Part shown: in pieces, positions 48,821 through 58,116 of the stretch
Position numbering within the stretch: the first letter of the stretch is position 1
How the letters are laid out: every line of letters starts with the position of its first letter
IMG/VR virus record: IMGVR_UViG_3300032288_004815
Location: 32,001 to 96,000 of that record
Strand: one strand, 5' to 3'
DNA from: a virus
Length of the DNA: 64,000 bases
Notes under the pieces: model-generated
What the model saw: only the letters and a program-made list of their open reading frames with translations
Database searches by the model: none
Told to the model about the DNA's origin: nothing
Made by a program: the position numbers and the translations under genes

Positions 48821-49341
48821 GAATTGATTGGGGCAGTTTTGTTGATAGGTACTCTAGCAGCTTCTTGCATGGCTGTAATTTCATTGTTGCTGTCTTTGAA
48901 TTTTTGTTTATAAATCTTTGGTTCCAAAGGCACTATGTTTGCAATGTTTTCTTCAGTTAAATCATATAGCTTGGCATTCTTTCTATATTGAAATTGCCAC
49001 TCTGTTATATCTTGATCGGTTAAATTTAAAATATCATCTATTAGACGCATAATAAGTTTTGGAGCTTCACGGTTTCTTTCTATTTCTGCAAATACAATAT
49101 AATCGCCATCATCCATGACCCCTGAACTTACATCTCCGTCTAATATGAATTCATAACCTGTTTCCATGAATACCATTAAGGCATTTGCTGGCTGTTTTTC
49201 TTTAACTTTAAAACTAACAACAATGATATCTTCATCGGTACCCATTTTACTTTTGAATTCATCAATGTGCAGCTCAGGAATTATCAGTCTTTTAAGGTCT
49301 CCTTGTTCAAGACCTTCAAATAGCTTAGATAGCGGGTGCAT
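48781..49341 (-). CDS. Hypothetical protein (mirror copy)
   Basis: Mirror of 4326..4886. Confidence 0.75.
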   Translation of the reverse strand: MHPLSKLFEGLEQGDLKRLIIPELHIDEFKSKMGTDEDIIVVSFKVKEKQPANALMVFMETGYEFILDGDVSSGVMDDGDYIVFAEIERNREAPKLIMRLIDDILNLTDQDITEWQFQYRKNAKLYDLTEENIANIVPLEPKIYKQKFKDSNNEITAMQEAARVPINKTAPINSWTEHLRVAAGLK

Positions 49342-49855
49342 TTTGTTGCTCCATGTCTTGCTGAAACACATCATTTGTTTCACCTTGTTCAGCTGCTTGT
49401 TCAATTTCTTCTTGGTCTAACAAGTCGTTCTCTAGTTCTATACTGCCTTGTTCTATGTCAGTCATTAGCTGTTTGGGCATAGTAATAGAAACAAGCCAAA
49501 TTGGCTTACTGACTAGTCGGGGAACTTTTGTACCAGGTTTAAAATCATCGGGGCTTTTAACTTGTACAGGGTACTCTAAGGTATCTTTTTTGTAAGTTAT
49601 TTCGCAGCCATAGTTTAATAATCTTTCACCACCATCAGGATCTGGCATGTCTTTGTAATCATACATAAAAGTACAAGTTACGAAATATTTTTCATACACA
49701 GGACCTTCAACTAATTCTCCTTTTTTCCAATTGGGAAAAGCGTACAAGTCCATGTCATCTAATACACGCTCAAAATCCAGCAGAGTTTCTAAACTGCTGT
49801 CAGTCATGTAGATATCTTTGGTATTATCTAATATTTTTTTAATATTTGCAGGCAT
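49325..49855 (-). CDS. Hypothetical protein (mirror copy)
   Basis: Mirror of 3812..4342. Confidence 0.75.
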   Translation of the reverse strand: MPANIKKILDNTKDIYMTDSSLETLLDFERVLDDMDLYAFPNWKKGELVEGPVYEKYFVTCTFMYDYKDMPDPDGGERLLNYGCEITYKKDTLEYPVQVKSPDDFKPGTKVPRLVSKPIWLVSITMPKQLMTDIEQGSIELENDLLDQEEIEQAAEQGETNDVFQQDMEQQNAPAI

Positions 49856-49859
49856 GTAG

Positions 49860-50513
49860 TTATTTATATTCAAGAGAGTTCAAATACTCTTGAGTTTTGA
49901 TAGTTTTTAAACCTGTAATTTGTAGTGTTGCTCGGGCTGTGTGCCCTGCATTGGCGGTGCTGTGGGGAACATTCAACCAGTCAAAAGTTGTAACATCCCC
50001 TGCATGCCATCCCCACCAAGTATAGTTGCCAAAATTCCAAAAATGACCCTGTTGCCAGTCTGTTAATTGTACAAAATATCTAACTACTTTTGTGGGGTCT
50101 TCGGGCATCCATTTTTCTAACTTGTCTAAATGCAAATTCCATACTTGCCCTGGCTGCTGTACATGCACACGAGCCATACAGTTTTCTAAACAAAATTTAT
50201 CTGCAATAGACTGAAATACTGAGGGCAATGAATATGTTAAATTCGTTATTACATAATCTTTGCCGTAGCCCTGTTGTTCTAAATCATAATCTTCTTGATC
50301 ATACTCTATATCTTGGCGTTTTAAAGGATCATTGTTTCTGCCCCTTGTTCGCCAAGTTACAGGCAGTGCTGACTGTATTACTTCAAGTAATTCGCTTTTC
50401 CAAGTAACTGGAATAGACCCAATTCTTTCTACACGATCCCATTTAGGATTCCACTTATCGGTATCAAAATGATATTGGCTACGAGCTTTGGTCAATTCCC
50501 AATTGGACTTCAT
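49860..50513 (-). CDS. 2OG-Fe(II) oxygenase (mirror copy)
   Basis: Mirror of 3154..3807. Confidence 0.7.
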   Translation of the reverse strand: MKSNWELTKARSQYHFDTDKWNPKWDRVERIGSIPVTWKSELLEVIQSALPVTWRTRGRNNDPLKRQDIEYDQEDYDLEQQGYGKDYVITNLTYSLPSVFQSIADKFCLENCMARVHVQQPGQVWNLHLDKLEKWMPEDPTKVVRYFVQLTDWQQGHFWNFGNYTWWGWHAGDVTTFDWLNVPHSTANAGHTARATLQITGLKTIKTQEYLNSLEYK

Positions 50514-51130
50514 ATAACTGTTACCTTTATATCTGATGCAGTGTAATCTTGCCGATAACATAGTGGAGGGTCCGAAAGTCCCAGTAATCTTGATAACTGC
50601 AAGTTTGTTTCTACAGTCTTACTGGGCCATTCTCTAGCAGCCCGCCTGTTGCCCAGGTTTTCCTTACGAATACATTCAGCCATTTGTCTAAGATCTTTGT
50701 AATAATCACGATACAAAGGATAGGTAATTTTAAATTCTCCGCACTTTACCCACCAGCCTAAACAGGCATCATCTGACCTATCTATAAGCACAATTGGACA
50801 GTCTGGCCAAGTTTTTTTAATGTAATCTATATGATAACCAAACACATGACTTTTGATAATCCTTATGCCTTTACCCGAGAATGGACGATCAAATTCAGCT
50901 TCGTTGGTTTCTTTCGAGTACTGATCAAGATTTTCAAACCAGTCTCCAAATTCCATAGCTGGTCCCCAATATACCCCCATGTGCATGAGCTGCATTTCTC
51001 CAGTGGCATCATGGTAATATTCTCGACTAGGGCTTGCGTCACTTGAGTCAATACTAGAACTATAGTAAATGTTTTTAACTACACTGCTCCACTTAGATCC
51101 TGGAGCGCCAGACACAAAAATATATTTCAT
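50510..51130 (-). CDS. Sulfotransferase-like protein (mirror copy)
   Basis: Identical to 2537..3157. Confidence 0.5.
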   Translation of the reverse strand: MKYIFVSGAPGSKWSSVVKNIYYSSSIDSSDASPSREYYHDATGEMQLMHMGVYWGPAMEFGDWFENLDQYSKETNEAEFDRPFSGKGIRIIKSHVFGYHIDYIKKTWPDCPIVLIDRSDDACLGWWVKCGEFKITYPLYRDYYKDLRQMAECIRKENLGNRRAAREWPSKTVETNLQLSRLLGLSDPPLCYRQDYTASDIKVTVI

Positions 51131-52086
51131 TGTTGTGGATTAATTTTCTTTGCAATGGGTTGCCATTGTTGTCTAAGTTTATGCATACTGGCTCTAACTC
51201 CTTCGGGCGAATGCTCGTTGACAGTTATGTACATCATATTTTCTTTAAATTTTTCTGCAGACTGTGCATTTCTTATTACAGGTACAAAATTTTTATTGTA
51301 CCAAGACTGTATTTCTTGGGGTGTTCCTGGGGGCAGCACAATGTTCCAGCAGCCGTGTATACTGAGATTGGGCACAACAGCAGTCATTAAAGGATATTTT
51401 TCTAATCCTGGTAAAACTCTAGTATCTGCAATACCAATTAGTTTTAGTTTTCCTGCTTGAACATGGGGGTAGCCTACTGCTACTGGAGTTACACCAAATT
51501 CTACAGAACCTCCCATAACATCTAACAGTGCTTGTGCGGGTCCTTTGTACATGGGTGTTTCTACACGGTCACCACCTGGAACTGACAAATAAGTAGTCAG
51601 ATATTCTACTGCTAGTTTATGCCCGCCACCGCCGATTGCTATGTTTACAGGTCTGGATTTACTGTTAATTAATTTGACCAAATCTTCAGGAGTATTAATT
51701 GGACTTTTAGGATTAGCCCAAAATGCCAGTGGACTTCTTGCAATGTTTGCCACAGGCTCCCAATTTTGTGCATCATATTTGACCATTTTACTATACCAAA
51801 TATCTGGTGTTACCCAATTGCTTTGACAGGCAGGTACCATGATAGTATGTCCGTCGGGCAGTAACGAATTAAAATAATTGCCAGCAATATTACCGTCGGC
51901 TCCTGGTTTATATTCTGACACAAACTTTACATTCGAAGTTCGTTCAATTTGTTCTGCTACAATACGAAATGATATTTCATTGCCTGCTCCGGGACCATTG
52001 GGAAATATTACTGTAACAGGTTTAGTTGGTTGCCAAGCCAAAGCCATGGCCGGCACTAAAGCTAATAATGATAAAAATTGTTTCAT
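51127..52086 (-). CDS. Bug/TctC substrate-binding protein (mirror copy)
   Basis: Identical to 1581..2540. Confidence 0.9.
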   Translation of the reverse strand: MKQFLSLLALVPAMALAWQPTKPVTVIFPNGPGAGNEISFRIVAEQIERTSNVKFVSEYKPGADGNIAGNYFNSLLPDGHTIMVPACQSNWVTPDIWYSKMVKYDAQNWEPVANIARSPLAFWANPKSPINTPEDLVKLINSKSRPVNIAIGGGGHKLAVEYLTTYLSVPGGDRVETPMYKGPAQALLDVMGGSVEFGVTPVAVGYPHVQAGKLKLIGIADTRVLPGLEKYPLMTAVVPNLSIHGCWNIVLPPGTPQEIQSWYNKNFVPVIRNAQSAEKFKENMMYITVNEHSPEGVRASMHKLRQQWQPIAKKINPQQ

Positions 52087-52168
52087 GATGTTCCTTATAG
52101 ATTAAATACTTTACTTGAAAAATTTTGTTCGAATACAAAAATATTTAGTCTAAACAAAAAAATTTATT

Positions 52169-52891
52169 ATGAATACGAAAATTTTTACTCTTTTACAAAA
52201 AAATTTGCAGTCTGCATTTAATTTGCCCAAGTATGCAAATATTTCAATTGACGAAACAACTCTGGTAGATCAATTACCCTGGACTCCTGCAAGATATAGG
52301 AAATTTAAAGATATAGTTGAGGCAGAATTAAGCTTGCCTTGCGATTATTTTGGTACTCTTAAAGATATTACGCATGATTTAAGTGAGCGATACATTCACA
52401 GATTTTTTGCAGAAATCTGGAAACCCCGTACAAATGACTATGATTATACTGGTTGGCAGCTAGCTGACGAAATAAATCAACTTAATCCTCAAAGTGTTTT
52501 AGACATTGGCTGTGGGTATCATCCTTTTAAAGGTAGAATTAAAAATTTAATAGGTATTGATCCATATAATAATTGTGCTGACTATATGGTAGACATATTA
52601 GACTATACAGGTGAGCACGATGTTTTAATTGCTTTAGGCAGTATAAATTTTAACAGTCGTGATGAAATTGAAGCTCGTTTTTCAAAATGTATTAGTGTTC
52701 TAAAACCAGGAGGTAACTTTTATTTGAGAGCTAATCCTGGAATCACGCATAAAACAGGCCCATATGTTGATATCTTTCCCTGGTCGTTTAGCATAGTGAA
52801 AGAGTTTGCCGACAAATATAATCTAAGATTAGAAACTTTTAAGCAAGATGCTAACGATAGACTGTACTTTGTTTACAGCAAGTTAGCCTAA
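52169..52891 (+). CDS. SAM-dependent methyltransferase (mirror copy)
   Basis: Identical to 776..1498. Confidence 0.85.
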   Translation: MNTKIFTLLQKNLQSAFNLPKYANISIDETTLVDQLPWTPARYRKFKDIVEAELSLPCDYFGTLKDITHDLSERYIHRFFAEIWKPRTNDYDYTGWQLADEINQLNPQSVLDIGCGYHPFKGRIKNLIGIDPYNNCADYMVDILDYTGEHDVLIALGSINFNSRDEIEARFSKCISVLKPGGNFYLRANPGITHKTGPYVDIFPWSFSIVKEFADKYNLRLETFKQDANDRLYFVYSKLA

Positions 52892-53017
52892 TACTTAGTC
52901 CTGTATTACAAGAATTATAACTGCGTTTTGTAATCTCATCCGATTTTTAAATAATATTGTGGACACTGAGTTTAGAGTCCGCTACTCGAGTCCATATTTA
53001 CACATTTGGAGGACATA

Positions 53018-53758
53018 TTGTCGAAGCGTAAGAGTAGGTTGTTCTACCAACCTGAACAAAAAGTAGAAAACAATGTAGTTAGTATTAACACTTACTATAA
53101 CACCAAAAAAAGACAAGTTCAATTATTACCCAAAACACTTAATCAAGAAACCTATATTAATCTTCTCACAGACACTAACAAACTAATAATTTTTGCCACT
53201 GGCCCTGCTGGTACAGGTAAAACTATGTTAGCTATGTTAGCAGGAATAAAAGCCTTAAAAGACGGCAGTATAACTAAAATTGTTCTTACAAGACCTGCTG
53301 TGGGTGTAGACGATGAACGACACGGTTTTTTGCCTGGTGATTTAAATCAAAAAATGGAACCATGGACTAGACCTTTGTTTGATGTGTTATATGAATATTA
53401 CGATAAAAAAGAAGTAGCCCGAATGCTAGACGAACAAATTATAGAGATATCTCCACTGGCATTCATGCGAGGACGGACATTTAAAAATGCGTGGATTATT
53501 GCAGACGAAATGCAAAACGCGACACCAAATCAGATGAAAATGCTGTTAACTCGTTTAGGCGAAAATAGTAAAATGGTTGTTACCGGTGACACCCGACAAG
53601 CGGACCGTCAAGACCCCGACAATGGTCTATTAGACTTCAAAGCACTAGTTGAAGACTACAAAAATTGTCAATATATAGCAGGAGTAGAGCTTACCGGAAG
53701 AGATATCCAAAGACATCCTGCTGTAAAAGAAGTATTAAAGGTATATCGAGAGATATAA
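53018..53758 (+). CDS. phoH: PhoH-family ATPase; probable TTG start at 53018
   Basis: GPAGTGKT, GFLPGD, PLAFMRGRTF, DEMQN, GD, RHP; GGAGG RBS 5 nt before TTG. Confidence 0.95.
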   Translation: MSKRKSRLFYQPEQKVENNVVSINTYYNTKKRQVQLLPKTLNQETYINLLTDTNKLIIFATGPAGTGKTMLAMLAGIKALKDGSITKIVLTRPAVGVDDERHGFLPGDLNQKMEPWTRPLFDVLYEYYDKKEVARMLDEQIIEISPLAFMRGRTFKNAWIIADEMQNATPNQMKMLLTRLGENSKMVVTGDTRQADRQDPDNGLLDFKALVEDYKNCQYIAGVELTGRDIQRHPAVKEVLKVYREI

Positions 53759-53767
53759 CTGTTAAAG

Positions 53768-53799
53768 TAGTCGATCGTAAATAACAATATGATCGACTA
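53768..53799 (+). promoter_or_regulatory. Hairpin containing late-promoter motif TAAATA and hiding the ATG of the radical SAM gene
   Basis: tagtcgatcgta-aataacaa-tatgatcgacta, 12-bp stem with one G-U. Confidence 0.65.
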
Positions 53800-54820
53800 T
53801 AATAACATTCGCAGTGTACATTTAGAAATCAGTACACGATGTAATGCTGCCTGTCCAATGTGTCCAAGAAATTCTTCAGGTTACGACGAAGACTTAGGTT
53901 ATCCAGTAACTGACATGACTCTAGTTCAAGCCAAAAAAATATTTACACCTGATTTTTTGAATCAACTAGATCATATATTAATAAACGGTAATTTCGGCGA
54001 TTTCATTACTGCCAAAGATAATTTGGCTATAGTTCAATATTTTAGCATGTGTAACCCACAACTGCGAATAGAAATTAGCACAAATGCATCGGGCGGCCGA
54101 ATCGGGCTATGGGAACAACTGGGTAAAATACCTAACATACAAATAGGATTTGCAATAGATGGATTAGAAGATACTCATACTATATACAGACGAAATACAA
54201 ATTGGAAAACCGTAATAACTAATGCTAAAAAATTTATTGAAGCAGGTGGTACCGCAATATGGCGTATGATTAAATTTGACCACAACAAACATCAGATTGA
54301 TCGTTGTAGACAAATGAGTAGAGAGTTAGGTTTTCAACGGTTTGATTTGCTTGATGATGGTAGAGATTCGGGCCCAGTTTATGATAGACATGGTAATTTT
54401 GTATACCATATAGGTAATTTGCCTAACATGATTAATTTTGAATATCCAAAAAGAATTGAAATTTGGAAAGAATGGGGTAAAAACGGCGATTTGCCTGATA
54501 CGAGATTAATACAGTATAAAATATTGCCTGTGAAAAAACAAGTAAATTGTGCAGCAAAACAATCACAGCAAATTTATGTAACTGCCACTGGTGAAGTTTA
54601 TCCTTGTTGTTGGTTAGGATTTTATCCAAAATTAGATTATCAATATCCTTGGCAACATGATAACATGTTTCTACAGACTATGGCAAAAAATAATAACGCA
54701 CTGGAACAAGGTTTAGAAACTGCCATTGGTTGGTTTAATGCAGTTGAACAAAGCTGGTTAAAATCTTCTTACTTAAATGGTAGGTTATTTAAATGCGATA
54801 ATCAATGTGGCATTTCTTGA
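53789..54820 (+). CDS. Radical SAM protein with C-terminal SPASM/twitch domain
   Basis: CNAACPMC; C...IYVTATGEVYPCC...CxxxC. Confidence 0.9.
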   Translation: MIDYNNIRSVHLEISTRCNAACPMCPRNSSGYDEDLGYPVTDMTLVQAKKIFTPDFLNQLDHILINGNFGDFITAKDNLAIVQYFSMCNPQLRIEISTNASGGRIGLWEQLGKIPNIQIGFAIDGLEDTHTIYRRNTNWKTVITNAKKFIEAGGTAIWRMIKFDHNKHQIDRCRQMSRELGFQRFDLLDDGRDSGPVYDRHGNFVYHIGNLPNMINFEYPKRIEIWKEWGKNGDLPDTRLIQYKILPVKKQVNCAAKQSQQIYVTATGEVYPCCWLGFYPKLDYQYPWQHDNMFLQTMAKNNNALEQGLETAIGWFNAVEQSWLKSSYLNGRLFKCDNQCGIS

Positions 54821-55646
54821 GTAAATGGTTGGGATGATTTTGCAACCATCTAAATTTTAGATCTTTATGAGCCTGTGTGACAAAGTGGAATTTATCCGGG
54901 CTGTGAATGATATCTTGTAATTTAATAGCATAATCGCAAATATTAATAGCTTTTTTTGTTAAAGTGTGAATTTGATTTTGAATATCATGAGTTTGTATTA
55001 GATGTTTAATCATTTTTTTAGTTTCTATCATTTTGTGAAAATGTTTATCACAGAACCAATTAGCTTTCTTGTACCAAGCTAATCTAATTTGTGACTTTAA
55101 GTCTGTATACAAAACAATTTTAGTGCCAGGATAAGTCACCCATTGATCAATATCGTTGCAAGTAAAATATATTTTAAATTTTCTATGATTATGAAAATAA
55201 GTTTCTAATGTTTTTAGATTATCTGGCCATATTTCACTCCACTTCCATTTCGATCCTGTTTCTGTCCATTGATTTTTAATTAAAAAATCAATTACAAAAT
55301 CCATATAGTCTTGTAAATGATGACCTATTGATCCATTTATTTTTTCAACTGTTGATATTTCCTGCAAAGTGTAGTCGTTTATTTTACTAATATAATTTTT
55401 ATTCCAAACATTAAGATTATAGTATTCTTCATATGACGGCCAGCCTAATCTTTTAAATGTATCGAAATTATCTTTATCTAAAAGTAAAGTTCCTTTTGAA
55501 TTGATATAACTTTGATTCATTGCCTGTGAATGAACGCATATATTATGTTTATTCAAAAGTAAAATATTGTGTAATAAAAAAAATCCACCGCTGCCGCCCG
55601 TGTAAAAGATATTTACATCATTATTAAACATGTTTACAATTGGCAA
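54789..55646 (-). CDS. Hypothetical protein with Gly-rich N-terminal loop (P-loop/sulfotransferase-like?)
   Basis: IFYTGGSGGFFL; internal GWPSYEEY motif. Confidence 0.55.
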   Translation of the reverse strand: MPIVNMFNNDVNIFYTGGSGGFFLLHNILLLNKHNICVHSQAMNQSYINSKGTLLLDKDNFDTFKRLGWPSYEEYYNLNVWNKNYISKINDYTLQEISTVEKINGSIGHHLQDYMDFVIDFLIKNQWTETGSKWKWSEIWPDNLKTLETYFHNHRKFKIYFTCNDIDQWVTYPGTKIVLYTDLKSQIRLAWYKKANWFCDKHFHKMIETKKMIKHLIQTHDIQNQIHTLTKKAINICDYAIKLQDIIHSPDKFHFVTQAHKDLKFRWLQNHPNHLLKKCHIDYRI

Positions 55647-56220
55647 CTATTTCATAAATTTCACGCCAATTTTTTACAATTGGAAATTCAACATCGGCAT
55701 TCATGTTATGCCCGTGTTCCATTAATAAACTATTAAGACCTAAATTATACCCAACTTGAGCGTTAATAATTTTATCTTCAATCCAATAGTAGCCACTGTT
55801 TCTGTATGGTTCTAGTGCATGATCTTTGTCTGCGCCGGTTTCCAAAAATACAAACTTTTCAAATGCTGTTGTTCCAAAGAGCTTTCTTAGATTCATTTTT
55901 CTAAGTTCTTGAGCATTTTCATCTGTGGTCAATGAAGTAATACAGTGAAATATAAAACCATGTTCTTCGTGCAATCGTTTAACATAGTACATGGCATCAC
56001 GGAGAGGAGGTAAAAAACCCATGTGAGCAGATTCATTAAATATTTTAATGAGTTTTCGGCCTTGATCGTGGTCAATTCCATATCTGGTTCCTATATTATA
56101 TTTTAAGTTTCCTCCATCTACTTTATTAAATCCGTGTTGCTGCATCCACACATCAAAACTATACTCCCAGTCTAACAAGACGCCATCACAATCAACTAAT
56201 ATAATTTTTTTATTCATCAT
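55624..56220 (-). CDS. HAD-family 5'(3')-deoxyribonucleotidase-like protein
   Basis: LVDCDGVL, CITS, K, WIEDK, HGHN. Confidence 0.8.
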   Translation of the reverse strand: MMNKKIILVDCDGVLLDWEYSFDVWMQQHGFNKVDGGNLKYNIGTRYGIDHDQGRKLIKIFNESAHMGFLPPLRDAMYYVKRLHEEHGFIFHCITSLTTDENAQELRKMNLRKLFGTTAFEKFVFLETGADKDHALEPYRNSGYYWIEDKIINAQVGYNLGLNSLLMEHGHNMNADVEFPIVKNWREIYEIVANCKHV

Positions 56221-56744
56221 TTTTTAAAAATCCACCCTTTATGTGTTTTATAGATACCGACAACAAGTTTCCACGCTTCTGCTCCTTGTGATCCAGTTAT
56301 TTTGACTAAGTCGCCTGTAGTTCCAGTAAATGTTCTTCCGTCCTTATGTTCAAATGTATACTTTTTTGCCTGAGCTTTTCTTCTTTCACTTATTTTCTTT
56401 TTATGCTCGTCTGACTTTGGAATTCCCTTATTATACGAATGTCCTTTATTCTTTTCTGATATTTTTCTTTTTGTTTCGTCTGTGTGCTTCATACCATAAA
56501 AAGTGTTAAGTTCTCCGGGTCTTGATGAATTCAATGAACATTTCAATTTGACCATCTCGTCTTTGCCGATTAATCCATCAAGACCTTTCCATGCTAAAAA
56601 ATCTTCCTGTCTGCCATATTGTTCAAACAATTTTTTATGTGCGTTAGCGTGTTCTTCAATTGTTAGATATACTAAATTAGATGGGTCGTCTGTGCCGCCT
56701 GCGTGTCTGGGAATAATATGATGTTTGTGTAATACTTGTTTCAT
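56217..56744 (-). CDS. HNH homing endonuclease with NUMOD3-type repeats
   Basis: HHIIPRHAGGTDDPSNLVYLTIEEHANAH; GMKHTDETKRKIS, KSDEHKKKIS. Confidence 0.9.
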   Translation of the reverse strand: MKQVLHKHHIIPRHAGGTDDPSNLVYLTIEEHANAHKKLFEQYGRQEDFLAWKGLDGLIGKDEMVKLKCSLNSSRPGELNTFYGMKHTDETKRKISEKNKGHSYNKGIPKSDEHKKKISERRKAQAKKYTFEHKDGRTFTGTTGDLVKITGSQGAEAWKLVVGIYKTHKGWIFKK

Positions 56745-56757
56745 ACAAGTATTTATA
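56731..56757 (-). promoter_or_regulatory. Late promoter TATAAATA overlapping a 9-bp hairpin with the HNH ATG in its loop
   Basis: Minus strand tataAATACTTGT-atgaa-ACAAGTATT. Confidence 0.65.
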
Positions 56758-56780
56758 CAAGGTACTCCTAAACTGGGATA

Positions 56781-57068
56781 TTATCTTCTTTGTTGTTGAA
56801 GTCTTTGAACAACACCAATTGTTGCTTCAAGTTGATTTTCAAGTCTGTTTAATTTTCTACGAAGAAACGCTATCTCCATAGCTTGATCTGTATTTGTTTG
56901 AGCTAATTTAGTAAACTGTTCACGCCAAGATTTCATTTCTTTTTCGTGTCCCAACAATGTAGGCCTTGGGGGCGCATTGGGGTCAACAACCTTCTTTTTC
57001 TTGGGTTTGAACATTCCTGGAATCATATAATATTTATTTTTGATTGAAATCAAATCCCAAGTAATCAC
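56781..57068 (-). CDS. Small coiled-coil hypothetical protein; true start probably an internal Met
   Basis: ORF with C-terminal heptads. Confidence 0.6.
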   Translation of the reverse strand: MITWDLISIKNKYYMIPGMFKPKKKKVVDPNAPPRPTLLGHEKEMKSWREQFTKLAQTNTDQAMEIAFLRRKLNRLENQLEATIGVVQRLQQQRR

Positions 57069-58116
57069 TGTGATTGATATTTCGTCTCATATCCAATTCT
57101 GTGATTTTATCAATGAAAAGTTTTTTATCGCCTATTTCTTTTATTTCTTTTTGAATTTGATTTATTTTAGATTTAAAATCTAAACTATTTGAATAAAATT
57201 TATTATCAGTTGAAAATTTTTGCACTGCATCTAACGCCAAAGATTTATAATTTTCTGGAATATTTTTAAGCACTAACCAATTTGGTTTTTGTAACACTGT
57301 TAGATTCCAAGTTATAGGAATATCCTGCAATTTTTTTAAATCTGCTAGTCCAAAAACGGACACTGCGTCTACTACAGTATTAAAATGTATAACGGCATCT
57401 TTTGTTAACAATAAGTTTAAATTATTGTAAAATTTATCCCATGAAATTGGATATCTATGATATTCATTTACTTTTTTATATGCATCAATTGACACCATAA
57501 ATGAAATATTATCAATTTGACTAATAGCATTTAAAAACCTGTCAGATAAACTACTTAAATTTGTGTTTATTACTACTTCAATTTCTGGGTAATCTTTTGC
57601 AATAGTTTCTAATATATCTATGTATTTTTTTATTATTAACGGCTCGCCACCTGCAAAATAGATTTTTTTAATACCTTCTAAATTAAAATCAATTTTTCTG
57701 ACTTTATTTACTATAGGTATTGTAAGTTCTTTAGCCCAAAAACTACTATCGTCTGCATTGCAAGAAATACAAGCTAAATTACATTTATTGTCGAATCTTA
57801 AATCGTAAAATTTTACTTTTGGCTCGGGGCACTGCGATGCTTCAAAATGTAATTTTATATCTTTATCTTGCAGCCATCTTGCACTTTCTTTTTGTCGCGG
57901 ACTTATAACTTTTTTTAATTCTAAACTATAGCAATAGCTACAATCTGGTATTTTAATACCTTGCCAAATTTGATGCCGCAAATTATTAGCTGTTTCTTCA
58001 GAATCTAAAGTTTGGTTAGAGTGACAACAAAATCTTTTTTGGCCTTTAATATCAATATGCTGCTCGATCCAAGGCAAAACACAAAAAGTATCACCAAATT
58101 TTAATCTTGAATTCAA
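57034..58116 (-). CDS. Radical SAM protein with N-terminal Cys-rich domain
   Basis: FCVLPW...CC...CxxC; CNLACISC; FAGGEP. Confidence 0.88.
   Translation of the reverse strand: MNSRLKFGDTFCVLPWIEQHIDIKGQKRFCCHSNQTLDSEETANNLRHQIWQGIKIPDCSYCYSLELKKVISPRQKESARWLQDKDIKLHFEASQCPEPKVKFYDLRFDNKCNLACISCNADDSSFWAKELTIPIVNKVRKIDFNLEGIKKIYFAGGEPLIIKKYIDILETIAKDYPEIEVVINTNLSSLSDRFLNAISQIDNISFMVSIDAYKKVNEYHRYPISWDKFYNNLNLLLTKDAVIHFNTVVDAVSVFGLADLKKLQDIPITWNLTVLQKPNWLVLKNIPENYKSLALDAVQKFSTDNKFYSNSLDFKSKINQIQKEIKEIGDKKLFIDKITELDMRRNINHSDYLGFDFNQK

Larger units (their letters stand above)
1..53666. repeat. Giant spacer-less inverted repeat (arms 1-26833 and 26834-53666); left arm runs off the window
   Basis: Paired ORF coordinates sum to 53667 with identical translations; axis reads gttattatttaat|attaaataataac; base 1 onward (aatttttgtagtc) is the reverse complement of gactacaaaaatt ending at 53666. 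Confidence 0.98.

Noticed and set aside
26834-53666. Second copies of all genes as true paralogues
   Set aside because: Translations are identical and exactly mirrored; treated as one duplicated sequence
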